From the NCBI GenBank assembly GCA_963707915.1, contig OY970178.1:992001-1056000 (forward strand): DNA of 64,000 nucleotides, given 5' to 3'. The notes below the pieces were generated by a model. The model was given only the letters and a program-made list of their open reading frames with translations. It made no database searches and was not told the origin of the DNA. This document shows, piece after piece, positions 42,946-51,675 of the stretch (positions are counted from its first letter, which is position 1; each line of letters opens with the position of its first letter). This DNA comes from Candidatus Eiseniibacteriota bacterium. Lineage in GTDB: Bacteria > Eisenbacteria > RBG-16-71-46. The translations under genes and the position numbers were made by a program.

Positions 42946-45933
42946 CTAGCGGATGACCACGAACTTGCCGCGCTGCGTGCCCTTGCTGGATTCGACGGTG
43001 AAGACATAGATCCCGCTGACAATGTCCTGTCCATTTCGTGAAATCAAGTTCCAGCTGGCCTGGCCGTCATTCGGATTGTCCTGCTGCCGGTTGTACCCCG
43101 GCACCGTCGACCCGTCCGCACCAGTGATCGGCGTGCGGATGGACTCGTTGACCGGGTCCTCCGATCGAAGGGTCTGCACCAGGTCACCCGAGACCGTGTA
43201 GACCTTGATGGTCCACTTCCCGCGCGGCAGCCCCAGGAAGTCGATGTGCGTGCCGGTGGGATCCGACCCCTTGGGCGTCAGGTCCCAGGACGAAGGCCGC
43301 TGCTCGATGGTCCGGTAGCCGCGGTAGGGGTTCGGCACGACGTAGGCGCTCATCCCGTCCCGCGCCCCGGCCTGCGGCACCACGCCATCGGCCTCGGCGG
43401 CCGACCGGCGGCCCTCCAGCTGGCTCATCTGCTGCCCGACGCCGGTCGAGTCGAAGGCCGTCACCGAGTAGAAGTAGACGAAGCCGTTCTTGACCTGGGT
43501 GTCCTCGTACTTGTAGCGCCCCACGGGGTAGCGCGTGCGGCTCTCGTAGTTCACCGGGTTGTCGCAGGGCAGCCCGTTGATGCACGCATGGAACACGTCG
43601 CACTGGCCCGGGCTGTCCTTCTTCGGCGAACAGGTGATCGGCTCCGCCCGGATGATCTGGCCGGTCTGCCGGTTCCACAGGTCGTCCAGCTGCAGGCAGA
43701 CCTCGACGGTGGCGGTGTCGATCCTGCCGTCCGGATAGGTGTAGCTGGGCACGAAGATGCGCGGGCAGGGGCTCGTGTCCGAATAGTTCCGCTGCTGCAG
43801 CACCCAGCCGGCGCTGGCGTTCTCGTAGTTGTAGATGTGGAACTGGCGGAACTCGCCCAGCAGCGCCCAATCGTCATCGCTCGGCCCCGCCGATCCCACC
43901 GGCCGCTGCCAGTCCGCCGCCTTCCACACCTTGTAGCCGCGGAAGTCGAACCGGTTCGTCTTGGGATCCGGCGTGACCTCGGAGAGGTTGTCCCAGGAGA
44001 GCGTCACGCGCTTGTCGCCCGCCGGGATGACGCGGTCCGGGCTGTCGGAGTAGTTGTACAGGGCCGACACGTTCATGTTCGGATTCGGCGGCGGGGCCTC
44101 GGCGTTCCAGGTGTGGTGGAACATGCCCCGCTGCGTCTGGCTGTTGTAGGCGCCGGTGCAGTAGTCGCAGTCCATGTCGCCCCAGTCCACGGGGTTCGGC
44201 CAGGGGAGCACCGGCGGGCGAGCATTGCCCTCGTCGCGGCAATCCATCACCTCGAGCGTCCCTTCGCCCGCGGCCGGGTGGACCGGCGTCTCGCGGCCAT
44301 GGCCGTTGGTGAGCAGGGGCCAGTCCCGCTGTTCGTAGACGCCCGCAGCCGCGACCTGGATGGTGAAACCGTTCTTGAGCGAAGGGTACTTGGTGACCAG
44401 GGCGCCCGAGCCGCCGTCGAACGTGCCCGCCTGCATGGCGGAGTAGTCGCTCTCGAAGCCATCGGCAAGAGCCTTGTTCCCGGGGGCCACGCTGAACGCG
44501 ACGGTGACCTGGATGCTGGCACCATCCTGAACGCTGAACCACGGCCCGCACGACCACCAGGCCTGGTAGTCGCCCTTCTCGTCGTTCGGGGTATCCAGCT
44601 TGATGCGGCCATCCTCACCGATGTTCCTGCCCGCCCTGCCCGACATGAATTCGTAGCGCTCCGCGTCGGTGCGCGGCCCGCCGCCACCCATGTAGGGCGT
44701 GCTGCCCGTGTAGGAGCGGAACGCGAGGAAGCCCACCTGGGGCGGTCCCGTCAACCCGGTCGGGTCGACCGTGTGGTCCACCAGGAAGAAGGTGGGGATT
44801 CCGGGCGTGCGGCCCAGGTCCCCATCGTCGTCGACCACCGAGAAACCATTGACGTGGATGTTGTAGTGGGTGCACAGAGCCGAGTCGTTCGAGGCGCCGG
44901 CCGGGATGTCGGGCAGCCTCATGCCCGGCTCCTGGAGTCGCTTGTCCGTGCCGTCCGTGGGCACCTGGTAGGGGAGCACGGCGCTCGGGTAGCCCGCCAG
45001 GTCGAGGTCGTCCTGCCAGTAACTGGAGGCCAGGGCGGGACCGCAGTCCATGTCCACCAGGCCGCCGACGACGAGGCTGTCCAGCGGGTGGCCGGAACGA
45101 TTGAAGATGGTGTACTGGACGATGTTGAAGTCGGTGAACTTCTCGATCGAGTAGGCCCAGGCCATCTGCTGGACCTCGAGGCCGAGGGGGACGTGCTTCT
45201 CGGCGGCCGAGGCGTTGATCGCCTGCGGCGTGTTGTCCCAGACCACGCAGGTGATGGTCTGCTGCCCGATGGCGCCGAAGTCCTCGTCGATCAGCCCGTC
45301 GAGATCGTTGTCGCGACCGTCCAGGAAGTCCTCGTCGGTGCGCGGGTCCCCCGACCGGAAGAACCGCTCGTCCCGCGTGTAGAAGTCCCCGTCGTCGTTG
45401 AAATACCGGGCACCGCCCAGGATCCCGTCGTAGGCCCGGTACATCTTGTCCACCGGATCGAGGGTCTGGGGCCGCCACTCGGTCAGCGAGCTCACGCGCC
45501 GGATCGCGTTCGGATCCGAGGCCTGCGGGTTCACGGCACCCACCGCCAGGCCGGCCAGGTTCAGGTACTCGATGCCCGAAGCGCCCGGCCACTGTCCGGA
45601 CGGGTCGCTGGAGACGTTCGTCCACGGGTTGCCGAAGATCCCGAAGTTGGTGACCTTCATGTAGACGTTGCCCACCGTGAGCACCGCCCCCGGACCGAAG
45701 ATGTCCGGGATGTCCGTCGGGCTCGCGTTTCCCGATCCCCCGACCGGGAAGTACTCCGGGAAGGCCGCCTTGAACTCGGCCTCCGTCATCCCGTCCGGAG
45801 TCCCGTCGATCGTGCCCTTGCGGAAGAAGCCGGAACCCTGCTCGTCCTGCGCGACCGCGGCGGTCGCGGCGAGCAGGAGCAGCAGCACGCCCACCGCCAC
45901 GCGCAGCCGGCCACGCCAAGCGTTCGTTCTCAT
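42946..45933 (-). CDS. Large exported hypothetical protein (~995 aa) with an FN3-like segment and a T9SS-type/FlgD-Ig-like C-terminal domain
   Basis: Signal peptide; 'DGRDNDLDGLIDED' Asp-rich motif; 'PAGDKRVTLSWDN'; C-terminus 'YVVPNPY..IDFLGLP..TIKVYTVSGDLVQTL..WNLISRNGQDIVSGIYVFTVES..GKFVVIR'. Confidence 0.8.
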   Translation of the reverse strand: MRTNAWRGRLRVAVGVLLLLLAATAAVAQDEQGSGFFRKGTIDGTPDGMTEAEFKAAFPEYFPVGGSGNASPTDIPDIFGPGAVLTVGNVYMKVTNFGIFGNPWTNVSSDPSGQWPGASGIEYLNLAGLAVGAVNPQASDPNAIRRVSSLTEWRPQTLDPVDKMYRAYDGILGGARYFNDDGDFYTRDERFFRSGDPRTDEDFLDGRDNDLDGLIDEDFGAIGQQTITCVVWDNTPQAINASAAEKHVPLGLEVQQMAWAYSIEKFTDFNIVQYTIFNRSGHPLDSLVVGGLVDMDCGPALASSYWQDDLDLAGYPSAVLPYQVPTDGTDKRLQEPGMRLPDIPAGASNDSALCTHYNIHVNGFSVVDDDGDLGRTPGIPTFFLVDHTVDPTGLTGPPQVGFLAFRSYTGSTPYMGGGGPRTDAERYEFMSGRAGRNIGEDGRIKLDTPNDEKGDYQAWWSCGPWFSVQDGASIQVTVAFSVAPGNKALADGFESDYSAMQAGTFDGGSGALVTKYPSLKNGFTIQVAAAGVYEQRDWPLLTNGHGRETPVHPAAGEGTLEVMDCRDEGNARPPVLPWPNPVDWGDMDCDYCTGAYNSQTQRGMFHHTWNAEAPPPNPNMNVSALYNYSDSPDRVIPAGDKRVTLSWDNLSEVTPDPKTNRFDFRGYKVWKAADWQRPVGSAGPSDDDWALLGEFRQFHIYNYENASAGWVLQQRNYSDTSPCPRIFVPSYTYPDGRIDTATVEVCLQLDDLWNRQTGQIIRAEPITCSPKKDSPGQCDVFHACINGLPCDNPVNYESRTRYPVGRYKYEDTQVKNGFVYFYSVTAFDSTGVGQQMSQLEGRRSAAEADGVVPQAGARDGMSAYVVPNPYRGYRTIEQRPSSWDLTPKGSDPTGTHIDFLGLPRGKWTIKVYTVSGDLVQTLRSEDPVNESIRTPITGADGSTVPGYNRQQDNPNDGQASWNLISRNGQDIVSGIYVFTVESSKGTQRGKFVVIR

Positions 45934-45965
45934 GTCCCCTCGCTGCCCGATTGGCTGTTCCATGG

Positions 45966-48854
45966 CTAGAACGTGATGCTCAAGCCGAGCCGCACGTTCC
46001 GGCCTTCTTCGTAGACACGCGGATCCCGGACCGGCACCCAGTCCAACTGGTAGTCGCCGTTGATGTCCTGCAGATAGGCGCCGCCGGACCGTCCGGTCTC
46101 CGTGAAATAGATCAGGTAGTCGTCGCCCGCGGAGTCCACGTACGGGTTCACGAGGTTGAATCCGCCGACCTGCTGGATGTTCTTCGAGTCCAGCACGTTC
46201 CTGACGTCGAAGAACAACGTCAGGTTCTGTCCCCACACCTTGTAGTACTTGTCACCGTCGATCGTGAGCCGCGCGACCGAGGGCAGTCGCCGCGAGTTGT
46301 CCAGCGCCGGATCCGGACGGCGGTCGTTGCGGAAGGACGGCGTGAACGGGAAGCCCGATCCGTACAGCCACAGCATCCGGAAGCCCCACTTGCCCGGGTC
46401 ACGCACCACCGTCTGCACGGAGAGCGTGTGGCGCTGGTCCCAGTCCAGCGGCTGCTCGGAGATGGGCAGGTAGAGCTGGCCGCCGTTGAAGAACTGCAGC
46501 GCGGTGTTCGGGTCCGACGCCACCCCGGTCGCGAGCTGGAAGGTGTAGTTCACCTCGGCCGAGAACTTGTGGCTGAAGCTCTTGATGATGCTGGTCTCGA
46601 AGCCCCGCGAGCTGGCGTAGTCGCCGTTGAAGTACACGTTGACCAGGTTGCCGAACTCGTCGCGCTCCTGCCGCACGGTGATCAGCCCGTAGATGTCCTT
46701 GAAGAACACCGAGAACTGCCCCGAGATGTCCCGCGAGAAGAGGTGCTGCACGCCCGCCTGGTAGGAGATGTTGGTCTCGGGCTCCAGGTCCGGGTTCCCA
46801 CGCACGCCCACGCTGGCCTGCATGCCGCGGTTCTCGAAGATGTACTGGCGTGCCGGGGTCTGGAAGGTCCACCCGTAGTGGAACGAGAGCACGTCCTTGT
46901 CCGAGACCGGGTAGGCGATGCCCAGCCGCGGGCTGAACTGCTGCTTGTAGCGCTTGCCGCTCCTCAGGTCCTTGTTGGCGACCTGCAGGCCAGGCGAGAA
47001 CACGTCGAACCGCAGGCCCGCGTTGACCACGAGCCCCTCGAACTCCCAGCGGTCCTGCATGAACGCGGCGCCTTCGGGGTTGTAGTTGACGAACTCGGAG
47101 CGGGACCCTCCGGGGAGCCCGTTGGCCTCCGAGTTGGGCTGCGTCAGGGCCAGGTTCGACACCTCGTTGTACTTGAGCTCGACGCCGGCCTTGACGGTGT
47201 GCTGCTTGAAGTTCCGGGTCGAGTAGTCGCTCTTCATGTTCCAGGTGGACTGGCTGCGCTTGGAATAGAAGGGACGGTCGCCGTGCGTGGCGAAGTACGG
47301 GTTGTTCTCCGTCCCGGTCTGGACGTTGCCGCTCCAGTACTGGGGGCTCTGGGTCCAGTACTCCCACGGCTGCTTGTTCCCGACCGAACTGAGCACGTTG
47401 AAGTTCAGGTTGGCCACGCGGATCGACCACACCGCCTTGTCCGAGATCTGGTCCGTCCAGACGAATGTCTGCTGGTTGAACCGGTCGTCCGTGGTCGACA
47501 CGTGGTCGGGCATGTTGACGAGCTGGTACGTGGAGTCCTTCTGCGTGGCGCTCCACGCACCGTAGATCGGCAGGTGGTACGTGGCGGCCCGGCCGGCGGC
47601 CGTCGTGTCGTAGGTGACCTTCACGAAGCCCTGGCGGCTCCACATGTGGTCATAGGGGGTGTTCACCGTGCGGTTGTTGATGGTCTCGAACGTCAGCTTG
47701 TTCCGGGGATTCACCCGGTAGGCGAGCTTGAAGTTCGTGTTGACCTGGTTGAACTGCCGGTTGCCCAGCTGGATGAAGTCGAGCAGCGTGTTGTGGGGGC
47801 GGGTCATGCTGCTCTTCAGGTACGTGTCCGAGTAGCTGCCCTCGTAGGTCGCGAAGTAGGTCAGGTTCTTGATCGGGGTCGGACCGCCGAATCCGAAGGT
47901 GAACCGGTCGAAGTTGTTGAACGTCTTGGTCGGGTCGCCGAAACGGTCGGTATCCCAGCGCACCTCGCCGCCGAAGCGCTCGGTGCCTTCCTTCGTGCTG
48001 ACGACCACGACGCCCGAGAGCGCGTTTCCGAACTCCGCATCGAAACCGCCCGAGAGCACGTCCGTGCCGGCCACCGCCAGCGAGGCGATGTTGGCGCCCC
48101 GGCCGAAGAGCGGGTCCGACGCCTCGACGCCGTCGAACTGGAACTTCACCTCGCCACCGCGCCCGCCACGGAAGTGGAGCTCCCCGCCGAACGCCACGAT
48201 GCCGGCCTTCACCGCCACCGCCTCGCGCAGGTTGTCCACCGGGATCTCCTTGAGCTTGTCCGCGGTGATGGTCTGCTTGGTGGTCGAGGACTTCGTGTCG
48301 ATGCGCTTCTGCGCGCTGATCTCGATGGTCTCGAGTTCCTTGACGATCTTCTGTTCGCCGAACGTGAAGTTCAGCGTGGCCGTGGCCCCGGCACTCACCA
48401 CCACCGTCTGCTTCTGCGCGTCGTAACCGGAGGAGAAGGCGCGGACCTCGGTCGGGCCCGCCGGAACGCCGACGATGACGAAATTGCCGTTGTCGTCGGC
48501 CTGGGTGCCCTGCCGGGTCGCAGGGATGGTCACGTTGGCGAAGGGGATCGGCTCCCCGCGGGCGGTCACCCGGCCCTGGATCTTGCCGAACGCCGATGCT
48601 GCCGGCGCGGCCGCCTTCGGGGCGGCCACCGCGGGCCGGGGGGCACTCGGCTGGGCCGGCGCCGCCTTGGGGGCCGTGGGCCGGGGTGCGGTCTTCGGGG
48701 CAACCTTGGCCGGCGTCGTGGTCCGGGGAGCGGCCTTCGGGGCCGTCCGGGGAGACGCCGGCTTGGCCTGCTGAGCTAGTGCGGGGACAGCCAGCGCAAG
48801 GACCAGCACAAGCGCCACGCCCGCTCGGATCAAACGCCTGCCGTCAGAGAACAT
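45966..48854 (-). CDS. TonB-dependent receptor with N-terminal carboxypeptidase-regulatory-like domain
   Basis: Signal peptide; 'GKIQGRV..GTQADDNGNF.I.GVPAG'; plug 'HFRGGR..SGGFDAEFGNALSGVV'; 'GNPDLEPE..YQAG'; C-terminal 'LGLSITF'. Confidence 0.92.
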   Translation of the reverse strand: MFSDGRRLIRAGVALVLVLALAVPALAQQAKPASPRTAPKAAPRTTTPAKVAPKTAPRPTAPKAAPAQPSAPRPAVAAPKAAAPAASAFGKIQGRVTARGEPIPFANVTIPATRQGTQADDNGNFVIVGVPAGPTEVRAFSSGYDAQKQTVVVSAGATATLNFTFGEQKIVKELETIEISAQKRIDTKSSTTKQTITADKLKEIPVDNLREAVAVKAGIVAFGGELHFRGGRGGEVKFQFDGVEASDPLFGRGANIASLAVAGTDVLSGGFDAEFGNALSGVVVVSTKEGTERFGGEVRWDTDRFGDPTKTFNNFDRFTFGFGGPTPIKNLTYFATYEGSYSDTYLKSSMTRPHNTLLDFIQLGNRQFNQVNTNFKLAYRVNPRNKLTFETINNRTVNTPYDHMWSRQGFVKVTYDTTAAGRAATYHLPIYGAWSATQKDSTYQLVNMPDHVSTTDDRFNQQTFVWTDQISDKAVWSIRVANLNFNVLSSVGNKQPWEYWTQSPQYWSGNVQTGTENNPYFATHGDRPFYSKRSQSTWNMKSDYSTRNFKQHTVKAGVELKYNEVSNLALTQPNSEANGLPGGSRSEFVNYNPEGAAFMQDRWEFEGLVVNAGLRFDVFSPGLQVANKDLRSGKRYKQQFSPRLGIAYPVSDKDVLSFHYGWTFQTPARQYIFENRGMQASVGVRGNPDLEPETNISYQAGVQHLFSRDISGQFSVFFKDIYGLITVRQERDEFGNLVNVYFNGDYASSRGFETSIIKSFSHKFSAEVNYTFQLATGVASDPNTALQFFNGGQLYLPISEQPLDWDQRHTLSVQTVVRDPGKWGFRMLWLYGSGFPFTPSFRNDRRPDPALDNSRRLPSVARLTIDGDKYYKVWGQNLTLFFDVRNVLDSKNIQQVGGFNLVNPYVDSAGDDYLIYFTETGRSGGAYLQDINGDYQLDWVPVRDPRVYEEGRNVRLGLSITF

Positions 48855-48916
48855 GCGACTCAACCTCTCGGGTGCGATGCAACGCGTTCACGGAAACCTG
48901 ACCAGAGGAACGGTAG

Positions 48917-48945
48917 ACCATGCCAAGCCAAGGACAAGCTGTCAA
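48917..48945 (-). promoter_or_regulatory. Putative sigma-70 promoter of the TonB-receptor operon
   Basis: TTGACA-N17-CATGGT with TGn extension. A second TTGACA-N18-GATAGT lies at 49142-49171. Confidence 0.45.
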
Positions 48946-49224
48946 CGCGACCACGGCCGGAATCCCTTCCATCCGCCGGAAATCTGCGGAGATCCGCTGC
49001 CATCCGGCCGCGCGAGAAGCCAGTCACGAGCGGTCGGAAGTCACGGCCGGAGTCGGAAGTCGAGGAGGCGGTCCGATTCTGCTGGATAGGCACCTGAGGA
49101 GAAGCCGCCGGACGGCGGTGCCCTACGCCCAGTACGAGGTGACTATCCCCCCGACGTGCTGCAATTGTCAAGAGGTCTTTCAGTCCTGCCACGGACCCGG
49201 CTCCCCCCCTGCCCCGCCGCGCGC

Positions 49225-50853
49225 TCAGAACGTCCACCTCACCACGCTGGCCAGTTGCTGGCGGCTCGAGCGGGGATCGGCCGGGGCGCCGAAGTCGGCC
49301 TGCCGCCATTCGATCGCGTAGCCGGCCTCGAAGGCCCAGGTCGCCCCGACGGGACGGATCCCCAGGCCGAGCGTCACGGCGTTGGCGAGATACTCGTTCT
49401 GCCGGGTGTAGTCGTCCTCGTCCTCCCACCGGTGCACGTAGCCGATGCGTCCGCTCAGGACCGGGTTGCAGCGGTACTCGAGCCCGGTCCGGACGTCCCA
49501 GCCCTTGCGCAGCGGCCCCTGCCCGCTCGCCGTCTGCTCCAACAGGCCCTGCGACCGGTGGTACTCGACGCCCCAAGATCCGCGCCCACCCGGCAGCCGC
49601 ACCAAGAGACCGCCGCCGGCCTCCCAGGTCCGCTCCTCCGACTGCGCGAAGGTCACGCTGTCCGGAAGCACGAGGGAGTCGGTGTTCGGGCGGTAGTAGA
49701 TGACGGTCCGGAAATGGTTGAACGAGGTGAGGTCGCCGGCGCTGGGGGGCATGATGGAGACCTTGCGGTAGCCGGTCGTCACACCCCCGCCCACCTGGAA
49801 CGGCCCCTGGGTCCAGCGCAGCCGCGTGCGCAAGGCCTGCCCGCGCTCATCGCGATCCTGCATCTTGCCGCCGCCCACGAGCGGGGGAGCCGACGTGCCG
49901 GCCGAGATGCTGAACGACCACGTCTCCTCGGACCTCGAGCGCCAGTCGCGGCCGTCCACGCCCCACTCCAGGTTGCCCGCCAGCCGTCCGACCATCGTGA
50001 CCTGGGTCGTGTAGTAGGGGCGCGCCTCGTCGTTCCGAGCGACGTGACGGGCCGACTCGTTCTTCCCGGTGATGTTGCTCTGGACGTAATCCGAGTTCAC
50101 CGCGGCCTTGAAGGCACGGCCGCGGTCGTACGCCACGCCCACCCCACCGCCCAGGGTGCGGACCCGGTAATCGTTCGGCGTGAAGAGGTCCGGCGGATCC
50201 ACCGGCGCCCCCGTCCGGTCGATGTACTGGCCCTGGGAGTTCTCCCACACCTCGCGGAACTCGTTCTTCCGCATCTCACCCGAGTAGAACAGCCGCATCG
50301 AGTAGAGCCAGTGGCTCGACTTGACGTAGGGGATGTGCCCCATCATCACGGGCATGGCCGTCGGCTGGGTGAAGGTGCTGCTCTGCTCGATGGTCTCCGA
50401 GAGGATCTGGTCCATGCGCATGGACCCGAAGTCGCCGGTGACGCCGAAGACCGACTGGCCGGGCGTCCGACGCCAGACCTCGTAGCCGATCCGGCTCTCC
50501 CGCGCCGCGCGCTCCTGCCGCTCGAGGGTCGCGTCGCCGGCGGCGAGGTCGTGCACCCGCGAGAAGGACGAGGTCGCCGGGTAGAACTCGGCCGTGTCGG
50601 TGCTGTCCGCATCGAGGACGCCCAGGGGGCTGCCCGCGAAGTCCCACAGCGTGATGGCCATGTGGGGGTCGTCCCCCACGAACGTCATCCCCCCCATGCC
50701 CAGCATGCGCGGGCTGCGTTCGATGGCGTCCAGGGAGAAGCCGAGCGCCCCGCGCGCCGCGTCGTAGAACTGGGCGTACACGGGCGCCGAGAAAGCCGTG
50801 AGGAGAAGAACAGAACTGATCGCGCTCAGCAGAACCCTGCGCCTGGGGCTCAT
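49225..50853 (-). CDS. Hypothetical outer-membrane beta-barrel protein (FadL/PorV-like N-terminal motif)
   Basis: Signal peptide (..VYA), 'SPRMLGMGG', alternating hydrophobic beta-strands, C-terminal 'VVRWTF'. Confidence 0.7.
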   Translation of the reverse strand: MSPRRRVLLSAISSVLLLTAFSAPVYAQFYDAARGALGFSLDAIERSPRMLGMGGMTFVGDDPHMAITLWDFAGSPLGVLDADSTDTAEFYPATSSFSRVHDLAAGDATLERQERAARESRIGYEVWRRTPGQSVFGVTGDFGSMRMDQILSETIEQSSTFTQPTAMPVMMGHIPYVKSSHWLYSMRLFYSGEMRKNEFREVWENSQGQYIDRTGAPVDPPDLFTPNDYRVRTLGGGVGVAYDRGRAFKAAVNSDYVQSNITGKNESARHVARNDEARPYYTTQVTMVGRLAGNLEWGVDGRDWRSRSEETWSFSISAGTSAPPLVGGGKMQDRDERGQALRTRLRWTQGPFQVGGGVTTGYRKVSIMPPSAGDLTSFNHFRTVIYYRPNTDSLVLPDSVTFAQSEERTWEAGGGLLVRLPGGRGSWGVEYHRSQGLLEQTASGQGPLRKGWDVRTGLEYRCNPVLSGRIGYVHRWEDEDDYTRQNEYLANAVTLGLGIRPVGATWAFEAGYAIEWRQADFGAPADPRSSRQQLASVVRWTF

Positions 50854-50975
50854 GAAAGCTCCTTTCCGGCTGGTCCGGGTCAGAATGATCCATTCACCGT
50901 GCGGAGGAGGACTCTCTCCCGCCTGCCGGGGCGAAAGTGCGCGCGGTCAACGAGGTGCGCATGCACGGACGCCGG

Positions 50976-51004
50976 ATATTAGGAACTGGTCACGAACGTG
51001 TCAA
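50976..51004 (-). promoter_or_regulatory. Near-consensus sigma-70 promoter for the 49225-50853 gene
   Basis: TTGACA-N17-TAATAT; the -35 box overlaps the mpg stop codon. Confidence 0.65.
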
Positions 51005-51675
51005 CCGCGCAATCGGGCTCCGGTCCGCGGTCCCCGCGGCCGCGCCTGCCGGCCCCCGGCCCCGCGCGACGCCGAGACGCACGGATGTCCCTCGAGGAAC
51101 CAGCGCCACTCGCGGTCCAGCGCCACGCGGATCCCGATGCGCGGCCCGCGCGCGATGCGGTGACCGCCCCGCCGCGGCGGCAGGTCCGAGATCCAGAGCG
51201 CCCGGCCCACCAGGTCGAGGCCGTCGTGCGCGCGCGAGAGCCCGAGGGCCCGGGCCAGGTTGCCCGGGCCCCGCGCCAGCCGGGCGGCGGGCAGGCTGCC
51301 GCGCCGCTCGCGCATGAGTTCCTCGCCGTCGACCGGCTCCAGCGCCCGCACCAGGACGGCCGAGGCCGTCCCCGCGGTGCCGGTCACCAGGTTCAGGCAG
51401 TGGTGCATGCCGTAGGCGAAGTAGACGTAGGCGTGCCCGGGCTCGCCGAACATGGCGGCGTTGCGCGGCGTGCGGCCGCGGTGCGCGTGGCTCGCGGGAT
51501 CGTCGACGCCGCGATAGGCCTCGGTTTCCACCACGATCCCGGAGACCCGCCCCTGCGGCGAGTCGTGCACCAGCAACCGGCCGAGCACGGCACGGGCGAC
51601 GACGGCCGGGTCGCGGGCGTAGAAGGCCCGCGGCAGCGGCCGGCCGCGGCCCGCCGCGGCGGCCGGCCGGCTCAA
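51001..51675 (-). CDS. DNA-3-methyladenine glycosylase (MPG/AAG family)
   Basis: 'GIVVETEAY..DPASH', 'YVYFAYGMHHCLN', 'AVLVRA', 'GPGNL', 'PRIGI'. TTG start from the TTGA overlap. Confidence 0.92.
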   Translation of the reverse strand: MSRPAAAAGRGRPLPRAFYARDPAVVARAVLGRLLVHDSPQGRVSGIVVETEAYRGVDDPASHAHRGRTPRNAAMFGEPGHAYVYFAYGMHHCLNLVTGTAGTASAVLVRALEPVDGEELMRERRGSLPAARLARGPGNLARALGLSRAHDGLDLVGRALWISDLPPRRGGHRIARGPRIGIRVALDREWRWFLEGHPCVSASRGAGGRQARPRGPRTGARLRG

